DNA from: Candidatus Krumholzibacteriia bacterium
GTDB taxonomy: Bacteria > Krumholzibacteriota > Krumholzibacteriia > LZORAL124-64-63
NCBI GenBank assembly: GCA_046484865.1
Contig: JAWOID010000018.1
Coordinates: 32,001-96,000 of the forward strand
DNA: 64,000 nucleotides
Direction: 5' to 3'
In this document: positions 21,105 through 28,819 of the stretch, piece after piece
How positions within the stretch are numbered: position 1 is the stretch's first letter
Layout of the letters: each line of letters opens with the position of its first letter
The notes under the pieces: generated by a model
Told to the model about the DNA's origin: nothing
Database searches by the model: none
Seen by the model: only the letters and a program-made list of their open reading frames with translations
Program-made: the position numbers and the translations under genes

Positions 21105-22433
21105 ATGCCCGAGAAGCTGCAGATCGCGCCCGTCGAGGGCAAGCTCGGCGTCCTGACGCCCGGCATGGGCGCGGTTGCGTCGACATTCATCGCCGGCGTC
21201 GAGGCCGTCCGCCAGGGCTTGCGCCTCCCCATCGGTAGCGTGACCCAGATGGGTCACATCCGTCTGGGCAAGCGGACCGAGGGTCGCCAGCCGCTGATCC
21301 GCAACTTCGTCCCGATCGCCGAGGTCGAGAACCTGGCGTTCGGCGGCTGGGACATCTTCCCGGACAACATGTACGAGGCCTCCATCAAGGCTGGCGTGCT
21401 GGAGCGCAGCCTGCTCGATCAGCTCGCCGAGCCGCTGAGCGCGATCGAGCCCATGCCGGCGGTGTTCGAGAACCACTACGTCAAGAAGCTCGACGGCCCC
21501 CACGTCAAGAAGGCCGCCACGAAGATGGAACTGGCCGAGGCCGTCATGCAGGACATGGACGATTTCCAGCGTCGCAACGGGTGCTCCCGGCTGGTGATGA
21601 TCTGGTGCGGCTCGACGGAGATCTACCTGAAGCGGACCGACGTGCACGCCAGCCTCGAGGCGTTCGAGAAGGGCCTGCGGGACAACCATCCCGACATCGC
21701 CCCCAGCATGATCTACGCCTACGCGGCCATCAAGAAGGGCGTTCCGTATGCCAACGGCGCCCCCAACCTGAGCGCCGACTTCCCCGCTCTCGAGGAACTG
21801 GCCCGCCAGACCGGCGCCCCCATCTGCGGCAAGGATTTCAAGACGGGCCAGACGCTGATCAAGACGATCCTGGCGCCCGGTTTCAAGTCGCGCCTGCTGG
21901 GCATCAGCGGCTGGTTCAGCACGAACATCCTCGGCAATCGCGACGGCGAGGTCCTGGACGATCCCGAGTCGTTCAAGACCAAGGAGGAGTCGAAGCTGGG
22001 CGTCCTCGGCAACATCCTGCAGCCGGAGCTCTATCCGGACCTGTACGGCAACCTCTATCACAAGGTGCGGATCAATTACTATCCGCCCCGCGGCGACAAC
22101 AAGGAGGGCTGGGACAACATCGACATCGTGGGCTGGTGCGGCCGTCCCATGCAGATCAAGGTCGATTTCCTCTGCCGCGACTCCATCCTCGCCGCACCGC
22201 TGGTGCTCGACCTGGCCCTCCTCCTCGATCTCGCCGGGCGCGCAGGCCTGAGCGGCATCCAGGAGTGGCTGTCGTTCTACTTCAAGAGCCCGGTGGTGCC
22301 CGCCGGCCTCTACCCTGAGCACGACCTGTTCATCCAGCAGAAGAAGATGAAGAACACCCTGCGCTGGATGATGGGCGAGGAACTCATCACCCACCTCGGC
22401 CGCGAGTACTACGAGGACGAGGACGACCGCTAG
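21105..22433 (+). CDS. ino1: myo-Inositol-1-phosphate synthase
   Basis: FGGWDI, NGAPN, GKDFKTGQT, STNILGNRDG, YYPPRGDNKE, RDSILAAPLVLDL, FYFKSP. Confidence 0.94.
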   Translation: MPEKLQIAPVEGKLGVLTPGMGAVASTFIAGVEAVRQGLRLPIGSVTQMGHIRLGKRTEGRQPLIRNFVPIAEVENLAFGGWDIFPDNMYEASIKAGVLERSLLDQLAEPLSAIEPMPAVFENHYVKKLDGPHVKKAATKMELAEAVMQDMDDFQRRNGCSRLVMIWCGSTEIYLKRTDVHASLEAFEKGLRDNHPDIAPSMIYAYAAIKKGVPYANGAPNLSADFPALEELARQTGAPICGKDFKTGQTLIKTILAPGFKSRLLGISGWFSTNILGNRDGEVLDDPESFKTKEESKLGVLGNILQPELYPDLYGNLYHKVRINYYPPRGDNKEGWDNIDIVGWCGRPMQIKVDFLCRDSILAAPLVLDLALLLDLAGRAGLSGIQEWLSFYFKSPVVPAGLYPEHDLFIQQKKMKNTLRWMMGEELITHLGREYYEDEDDR

Positions 22434-22498
22434 CAGCGTCTCCCGCGGGGCGGCGGTTCGCCGCCGCCCCGCTCCCGCCCCTCCGGAGCGAGGCCGCC

Positions 22499-23143
22499 GT
22501 GACCACCTGGCAGATCGAGACCCTGACCGTCGGCCCGCTGCAGATGAACGCTCACCTGCTCACCACCGCGGCCGCCGCCGGAGAGCCCGGCCTGGCCGTG
22601 CTCGTCGATCCCGGTGACGAGCCGGAGACGCTGCTGCGGCGGATCGACGCCGGCGGTTGGCGGCTGACGGCGCTGCTGGCCACTCACGGGCACTTCGATC
22701 ACGTCGGTGCCGCCGCCACGATCCAGGAACGCTGGGACCTGCCCCTGATATGCCATCCCGGCGACCTGCCGCTGATCGAGCGCATGCCCGAGATCCAGGC
22801 CGCCTACGGCTTCCCGGCCAGCGGGCTTCCTCGCTGCGAGGCGAGCCTCGTCGACGGTCGGGAGCTCGCGTACGACGGCGCGGTTCTCCGGGTGATCCAT
22901 GTGCCCGGCCACTCTCCCGGCCACGTGATGTTCGTCTGGGAAGGGCATGCGGTGGTTGGAGATTGCCTGTTCGCCGGCTCCGTCGGGAGGACCGATCTGC
23001 CGGGCGGTGATCATGGCGCCCTCGAAAAAAGCATCCGGGAGCGCATCTACACGCTCCCGGATGCCACCATCGTCCACCCCGGCCATGGCCCCGACACCAC
23101 GGTGGGTCGGGAACGGACCGGCAATCCCTTCGTGCGCGGTTGA
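22499..23143 (+). CDS. MBL-fold metallo-hydrolase (glyoxalase II/YcbL-like)
   Basis: THGHFDHVG, PGHSPG, GDCLFAGSVGRTDL, PGHG. Confidence 0.93.
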   Translation: MTTWQIETLTVGPLQMNAHLLTTAAAAGEPGLAVLVDPGDEPETLLRRIDAGGWRLTALLATHGHFDHVGAAATIQERWDLPLICHPGDLPLIERMPEIQAAYGFPASGLPRCEASLVDGRELAYDGAVLRVIHVPGHSPGHVMFVWEGHAVVGDCLFAGSVGRTDLPGGDHGALEKSIRERIYTLPDATIVHPGHGPDTTVGRERTGNPFVRG

Positions 23144-23200
23144 CCCGCGGCGACCGCTGCCTCCGCAGCCTTTCCGGGCGGGAGGGGCGCGCCGAGCGGC

Positions 23201-24067
23201 CTAGACCTCTTGCTGCGCTGCCGCCGGTTGCTCCTGGGCCAGCGGTCCGCCGAGCATGGCAGCCTCGCGGCGCTCCACCCGCTGCTTCTCGAGCTTCTGG
23301 TGGCGCTTGCAGAATTCCTTCTTGATCCAGTCGCGGTACAGCGATGCGCCCAGGCAGCCGGAGTCGTAGGCGTAGATGCTCTGGAAGTTCGCCGGCGCCT
23401 CCTCGATCTTGATGTTGTTCGAGATGATCGTCCGGAAGATCTCGTTCTTGTCGAAGATCTGCCCCAGTTCCCGGCGGACGTTCTTGAGCAGCGGCGTCCG
23501 GCCGTCCTTCATGGTGACGAGCACCCCGAGCACCTGCAACCAGACGTTCTGGCGCTCCTGGATGCGGCCGATCAGTTCCTTCAGTTGCCGCAGCGGCGGC
23601 ACGCAGAGCCCGGTGCAGGGCGTGGGGATCAGCACGTAATCCGCCGCCACCAGCGCATTCTGCGTCAGGACGCCGAGATTCGGCGGCGTATCGATGATGA
23701 TCCAGCCGTACGAGGTCGAGAGCGCCTGCACGACCTTGGTCAGGCGATCGGTGATCTGCGTCTTGGCCATGCTCTCGAGCGACGGGTTGGACGGCAGGAT
23801 GTCGATGTTCTCGTCGTACACGGTGGACGTGATGCCGTCCTGCGGGGTGATGGCGCGCCGCAGGACGTCGAAGACGCTGCGGGCCGGCGGCTCGCCGTCC
23901 ATCTTCCCCAGCAGCGTGCTCGTGGCGCAGCCATGGGGGTCCATGTCGATGAGCAGGCAGGACGACGTGTGCTCGGAATAGCGCGTGAGTCCGGCCGCGA
24001 GGTTGATGGCGGTGGTGGTCTTGCCGACCCCGCCCTTCTGATTGACGACGGCAATGACGTTGCTCAT
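23201..24067 (-). CDS. ParA/Soj family ATPase (orphan)
   Basis: NQKGGVGKTT deviant Walker A, IDMDP, IIIDTPPNLG, NALVAAD, EEAP. Confidence 0.92.
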   Translation of the reverse strand: MSNVIAVVNQKGGVGKTTTAINLAAGLTRYSEHTSSCLLIDMDPHGCATSTLLGKMDGEPPARSVFDVLRRAITPQDGITSTVYDENIDILPSNPSLESMAKTQITDRLTKVVQALSTSYGWIIIDTPPNLGVLTQNALVAADYVLIPTPCTGLCVPPLRQLKELIGRIQERQNVWLQVLGVLVTMKDGRTPLLKNVRRELGQIFDKNEIFRTIISNNIKIEEAPANFQSIYAYDSGCLGASLYRDWIKKEFCKRHQKLEKQRVERREAAMLGGPLAQEQPAAAQQEV

Positions 24068-24123
24068 CGGCTGCTACCCTCGTACTCTCGTGGTTTCCCG
24101 GACCGTATAAATCACGAATTCCG

Positions 24124-24152
24124 AATATAGTCCGGGCTGCAGATGGCGCCAA
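24124..24152 (-). promoter_or_regulatory. Candidate sigma70 promoter of parA
   Basis: TTGGCG-N17-TATATT. Confidence 0.5.
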
Positions 24153-24303
24153 GGAAAAACCCTGGCGCTCTCCGGAGTGTCTTTCAAGAAAGGTTATAAC
24201 ATATTAAATGGAAATGAGTTCCCGGTGAAGGTTCGTGACGCTTCACAGGCGCGTCGGCCCGTCGTCAGCGTCCACTTTCGAGGACGTTTCTCGTCGCGGT
24301 TCA

Positions 24304-25089
24304 TCAGAGCCGGAGCCGGACCGTCCCGAAGATCTCCCACAGGTGCTGCGGCGTGATCTCGTCGAAGTCCACGGCGGGTTCGCTGGTTCCCGCCGCGATG
24401 GGCTGGTGATCCGCGAGGTTCAGGTTCAGCAGGTTGTCGCGGATCTCCACCCGGACGCTCCACCGGTCGTCGAGATCGTGGTTGAGTCCCACGCCCAGGC
24501 GCGGCCCGATGCGCGCCGTGTCGAAATCCGGAGCGTCGAGGGAACGGACCGTCACCAGCACGGCGCCGCCGACGAGGTAGGGGTAGGTGCGATCCGGGAT
24601 CAGGCGGTACTCGCCCGCGAGCCCGACGAGAAAGACATTCCACTCGTCGTAGGGCAGCACCTCGCCCGTCTGGCCGACCACGGCCAGAGCGCTCAGGCCC
24701 ACGCGCGCCCAGCTGAACTCGGCCCGCACCGCCAGCCTTGAGGACGCCTGCCAGGCGCCCTGCAGTGCGATCTGGAGGTCCTCGTCCAGGGTGACGGTGA
24801 AGCGGTCCGAGCCGAAGGAGGCGCCCGCGGGGGTCAGCCAGGTCAGTGCGTTGCCGCTGCTCGCCCGGACCCGGAAGAGATCGCCGCCGGCCAGCACGCC
24901 CCCGCCTGCGCCGATCGCCCAGCGGGACGGGCTCGGCGCCGTCTCCACCTGCGTGCGACCCGTCTCGGTCGTCTCGTCGTCGGGCCGCTGGCGGCCGGTG
25001 ACGCTCTGCGCCTGGGCCGCCGGGGCGGCCATCACCAGCGTGACCCCGAGGACAGCGAGCAGCGCCAGACGCCTGGCAGAACGAAGCAT
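24304..25089 (-). CDS. Secreted outer-membrane beta-barrel protein (small, OmpW/OmpA-like)
   Basis: Signal peptide (AAQA|Q); alternating amphipathic strands (GLAGEYRL, YPYLVGG, GVGLNHDL, SVRVEIRD); C-terminal strand FGTVRLRL; start may be 25104. Confidence 0.7.
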   Translation of the reverse strand: MLRSARRLALLAVLGVTLVMAAPAAQAQSVTGRQRPDDETTETGRTQVETAPSPSRWAIGAGGGVLAGGDLFRVRASSGNALTWLTPAGASFGSDRFTVTLDEDLQIALQGAWQASSRLAVRAEFSWARVGLSALAVVGQTGEVLPYDEWNVFLVGLAGEYRLIPDRTYPYLVGGAVLVTVRSLDAPDFDTARIGPRLGVGLNHDLDDRWSVRVEIRDNLLNLNLADHQPIAAGTSEPAVDFDEITPQHLWEIFGTVRLRL

Positions 25090-25119
25090 CTCGACATCAC
25101 GCAAGAGACCACCATCCCG

Positions 25120-26241
25120 TCACGGTTGAGGCCGCTCGAGCGAGAACGTGGCCGCCACCGCCTCGAGCCGCCGGAAGAAGGTCATCTTGTCCATGCCGGG
25201 CGCGTAGACGAGAACGTCGATGCAGAACACGCGCCCTCCGGCGGGATCGGCCACGAAGTAGCTCCAGAACGGGCCGCCGCCGGCGAAATCGTTGCTGGTC
25301 CAGACGCCCTCGAGCTTGACGGCGTCACGCTCCCCGAATCGCTCGCGCAGCCACACCTGGGGCGCCTCGGCGACCTCCTCGTCGTGCACCGCGCGCCCCA
25401 TGCTGCTGCGGAGCTCGAAGAGGAACTCGCGGTCGTCCAGGGCCTCGACGGGCGCGTCGTGCGGGGCCCACGCGACGGTGATGCCTCGCGACGGTGCGTT
25501 CTGCATCAGTTCCACCGCCGGATAGCCGCCCGGGAGCACCTGGTTCTCGCGGTACTCGCGCGGGATCTCGAGCAGGAACCCGAAGCGGTTCCAGTAGGAG
25601 TTCATGAGGCGTTCGTCCAGGCCGTCCTGGCGGTTGCGCCGCTGGATGCGCTTGCGGTTCTTCTCCTCGATGAGCGTGCGCACGCGCTCGCTGTTGCCGC
25701 GCAAAATGCTCAGGAGGCTGTTGCGGTCGCTGGAGGCCAGAACGATGGCGTATTGGTAGGTGGCGTAGGGATCGTCCAGCTGCACGAGACCGCCCGGTCC
25801 CTGCCCGATCTGCTCCAGGGTCTCCGCGGACACCAGCTTGCGCACCTCCTTCTCCACGGGGCCGCCCCCGCCGAGGACGACCAGGAAGAGGATGTTCTTG
25901 TAACCGCGTCCGAGTTCCCACCGACGGGGGCCGTAGATGTCGACGTTGAAGCGATCCTCGGCCTGGATGACGAAGGTCACCTCGCGGTTCACCTCCGCGA
26001 GGAAGCGGTCCGCCGCCGGCTCGAGGTCTCCGTCCGACACGAGGACGGCCAGGTCGCCGTAGGAACCGGCCGCCATGAGAATGCCGCTCTCGCGGCCGCC
26101 CTGGCAGCCGGCCAGCGCGAGGGTCGAGAGCGGCAGGAGGGCGGCGAGGAACCAGCCCGCCGCGCGGCGTCGTCCGCGGTCGCGTCCCGCACCGGGCACG
26201 GATGCGGACGCGGGCCGCAGACGCGGGATGCACGCTGGCAA
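25120..26241 (-). CDS. DUF4837 family lipoprotein
   Basis: Lipobox LAGC; GxW...GGGPFWSY...VYAPGMDK...RLEAVAATF C-terminal pattern; start uncertain. Confidence 0.75.
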   Translation of the reverse strand: MPACIPRLRPASASVPGAGRDRGRRRAAGWFLAALLPLSTLALAGCQGGRESGILMAAGSYGDLAVLVSDGDLEPAADRFLAEVNREVTFVIQAEDRFNVDIYGPRRWELGRGYKNILFLVVLGGGGPVEKEVRKLVSAETLEQIGQGPGGLVQLDDPYATYQYAIVLASSDRNSLLSILRGNSERVRTLIEEKNRKRIQRRNRQDGLDERLMNSYWNRFGFLLEIPREYRENQVLPGGYPAVELMQNAPSRGITVAWAPHDAPVEALDDREFLFELRSSMGRAVHDEEVAEAPQVWLRERFGERDAVKLEGVWTSNDFAGGGPFWSYFVADPAGGRVFCIDVLVYAPGMDKMTFFRRLEAVAATFSLERPQP

Positions 26242-26274
26242 GGTGATGGGGCCTCCTGAGGGATCGGGCCGTTC

Positions 26275-27006
26275 CTAGCGAGTCTCCTGGAGATCTAGGC
26301 CACCGTCCCGGGTGGTGTCAAGCTGAGCCTCGAGGAGATCGATCCGTCCCTGCAGGTGTCGCACCAGCCGGGCGAGGCGCTCGTTGACCTGGCGCAACTC
26401 CGTGATCGTCTCGAGGTCGCGCACCCCGTCGCCGGACCAGGCGTTCAGCCGGGTACGGCTCGCCGGCGCGGCTGCCAGTGCGCTGCCCTGCCCTCCGGAA
26501 CTCACCAGTCGCGCGCGCAGTCCGTTCTCCGCCGGGAAGAGCGGTCTGCGGTCGAGGGCCGCCGCGGCTCCACTCTCTTCCGCCCGCGGGACGAGCGCAG
26601 CGGTCTGCGACGGCGTCGAGGTCATGCCCTGCTCGGCGGGCACCGGGTCGCTGTTGCCGTCCAGGAACAGGGCCACCGTCAGGACCGCGGCGGCGCCCAG
26701 GGCCGCCGATGTGCCGAAGCGGCTGCTCCACGCGCCCCGGCCGGAACGCACCTGCCAGGGACCCGCGGCATCGCGTGCGGCCGCCGTGAGCGACTGATTC
26801 AGGCGCGATCTCAGCCGCCAGTCGAACTGATCGGACAGGGTGGGTGTGGTTGCCGCCAGCATGCGGCGCCCCAGGAGCAGATCGTCCCGGTGGGCGCGGC
26901 AGGCGGAGCAGGCCGAAAGATGGCCTTCGAGCGCGACGACGCGGTCCGGCGGCAATGATCCATCCAGGTCCAGGCTCACCCATGCTCGGGCTTTCCCGCA
27001 TCGCAT
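26275..27006 (-). CDS. Zinc-finger (zf-HC2/ZAS) transmembrane anti-sigma factor
   Basis: MRC...LDG...HLSACSAC (HxxxCxxC), one TM helix, C-terminal coiled coil; follows the ECF sigma. Confidence 0.88.
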   Translation of the reverse strand: MRCGKARAWVSLDLDGSLPPDRVVALEGHLSACSACRAHRDDLLLGRRMLAATTPTLSDQFDWRLRSRLNQSLTAAARDAAGPWQVRSGRGAWSSRFGTSAALGAAAVLTVALFLDGNSDPVPAEQGMTSTPSQTAALVPRAEESGAAAALDRRPLFPAENGLRARLVSSGGQGSALAAAPASRTRLNAWSGDGVRDLETITELRQVNERLARLVRHLQGRIDLLEAQLDTTRDGGLDLQETR

Positions 27007-27028
27007 GCTGCTTCCTCCTCGTGGTCCC

Positions 27029-27727
27029 TCAGTCATCCTCCGCGCGCTCGTCGAGCATGCGCTGCTCGAGCCGCTCGAGATCGGCCAGGAGCGTCTCGTT
27101 GCGCAGGAGGGGTTTGATGTTCTGACGGAACTTGTTGCGTGCTCGATTGATGCGTGAGCGCACGGTTCCCAGCTTCAGTCCGGTGGCCTGCTGGATCTCC
27201 TCGTAGGTGAGCTGCTCGACCTCGCGCAACAGGAACGGCACCCGGTACTTCTCCGGGATCCGCTCCGTGGCCTCGGCGATCAGCGAACCGAGTTCCTGAC
27301 CCTCGATCTCTCGCGTGGGATCGGCGGTGGGGTCGGGGGGATCCAGCGGCGTCTCGTCCTCGTCCGGCGTGGGGTTCAAGGTCAAGAAACGCGGCAAGCG
27401 CGCCCGGCGGCGCATCTTGTTGCGCACCAGGTTCGTGGCGATGGTGAAGACCCAGGTGGAGAAGCGGGCGATCTCGCGATACTTGTCGGCGTGCAGGTAG
27501 ACCCGGATCAGCGTCTCCTGCGTCAGCTCCTCGGCCGTCGTGGGGTCCTTCACCATGCGCAGCAGGAAGCTGTAGAGGCGGCCCTTGTACCGGAAGACCA
27601 GTTCATCGTACGCCCGCCGGTCGCCCTCGCGGACCATGACGATGAGGTCCTCGTCGCGGATGGTGGTGAGCCCCTCCGCTTCGCGGCGCCGGGTCCGGGC
27701 GTCGCGTGCCTTGGCCGTACCGTTCAA
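27029..27727 (-). CDS. ECF sigma factor (RpoE/SigW-like)
   Basis: DEDLI, AEELTQET, FSTWVFTIATN, LTYEEI, GTVRSRINRAR; TTG start 7 nt after GGAGG. Confidence 0.93.
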   Translation of the reverse strand: MNGTAKARDARTRRREAEGLTTIRDEDLIVMVREGDRRAYDELVFRYKGRLYSFLLRMVKDPTTAEELTQETLIRVYLHADKYREIARFSTWVFTIATNLVRNKMRRRARLPRFLTLNPTPDEDETPLDPPDPTADPTREIEGQELGSLIAEATERIPEKYRVPFLLREVEQLTYEEIQQATGLKLGTVRSRINRARNKFRQNIKPLLRNETLLADLERLEQRMLDERAEDD

Positions 27728-27770
27728 ATCACCCCTCCTCGGGCCCTCACGCGGACGTGACGTGTCGTCC

Positions 27771-27798
27771 ATGAACACCACCCCCCTCGCGAGGTTCC
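27771..27798 (-). promoter_or_regulatory. Candidate autoregulatory ECF promoter
   Basis: GGAACC-N16-GTTCAT, about 45 nt upstream of the ECF start. Confidence 0.5.
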
Positions 27799-27916
27799 GC
27801 CCGGAGTCGCGAATACCCGGGCGCCGGCGGACTCGCCGCCGCGGATTCCCCTGCACGCGAAAGCGGGGAAACCGCTGTCGCGGCGCCCCATTCCCCTCGC
27901 GGCTCTGGGCATGAAG

Positions 27917-28819
27917 CTACGGAGACTCGATGAGATCGGCCAGCGGCCAGACGGGGACGAACGTCTCCCAGCCCGGATGCCGGACCGGCTGCGCGCCCCG
28001 GTGTCGGAGCGCCACCGACCCCGTGCGCCGCGAGGAGGTCACCACGAGCCGAGGCTCGCCGATCTGGCCGCCGGCCCAGCGGAAGGTGACGATCTCGGCA
28101 TCGGCGCCACGGCCCCGGCCGCGCTGCACGAGATCACGCCGCAGACATCCGCGCGGAGCCCGGAGCGGCGGCGGCGCCTCGTCGTCCGTCGGAACCGCGA
28201 CCGCCATCTCCGGCGACAGTCGGGGCAGTTCCACCCGCGCCGCCCCGGTCGCCGTCAGGCCCGGGCGGCGCCAGCCCGCCGTTCGCCGCTCTCCATCGCG
28301 CCGGGGGTCCGGCACCGGCGGACCCGCCTCGACGCGTTCGACGACCTGTTCCAGCAGGGTCGCGAGCGCGGCGGGCGCCTCGCGCCAGCGGGCTCCCCAC
28401 GGCTTGAGCAGGGGACCGTCACCGCCGGCAGTCACCGCCTCGGTGCCCGAGGCCGTGAAGGTCCACCCCTCGCCCTGCCGGCGCAGCAGTTCATCCGTCA
28501 CGTGCGCGGCCCCGTGATCAGCTCGCCCATCTCGCGGCTCCGCCAGGATCTCCAGGCGCAACTCGCCCGCCCTCCCGCGCAACCACGCAGCCCGGCCGCT
28601 CACCGTCCGGCCGAGGACCCCGGCCTCCCAGACGGCATGGTGCAACAGAGCCGGCTCGCCATCCGGCGCGGTCGCCGTGTCCGGGGTCGTCGTCGCCGGA
28701 GGTTGCGGGAGTTGCTGACTCGCTGCGGTCACCGGACCCGCGGCGACGGCCAGCGCCAGGGCGCACACGATGCGCCGATCCGCGCGCGGTTTTCCCCGCG
28801 CCCGGGGAAAGAGCGTCAC
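27917..28819 (-). CDS. Hypothetical exported protein
   Basis: GTG start overlaps the TPR gene stop; signal peptide followed by a Pro/Thr linker; no family recognised. Confidence 0.6.
   Translation of the reverse strand: MTLFPRARGKPRADRRIVCALALAVAAGPVTAASQQLPQPPATTTPDTATAPDGEPALLHHAVWEAGVLGRTVSGRAAWLRGRAGELRLEILAEPRDGRADHGAAHVTDELLRRQGEGWTFTASGTEAVTAGGDGPLLKPWGARWREAPAALATLLEQVVERVEAGPPVPDPRRDGERRTAGWRRPGLTATGAARVELPRLSPEMAVAVPTDDEAPPPLRAPRGCLRRDLVQRGRGRGADAEIVTFRWAGGQIGEPRLVVTSSRRTGSVALRHRGAQPVRHPGWETFVPVWPLADLIESP

Noticed and set aside
24190..24212. AT-rich GGTTATAACATATTAAATG next to a ParA gene as a dif site or oriC
   Set aside because: It does not fit the 28-bp XerC/XerD layout, and I saw no DnaA-box cluster, dnaA or parB; better explained as promoter DNA
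24240..24307. CTGATGA...GAAA on the minus strand resembling a hammerhead ribozyme core
   Set aside because: CTGATGA is the tandem stop of the barrel gene; the stem II closing pair and stems I/III cannot be formed
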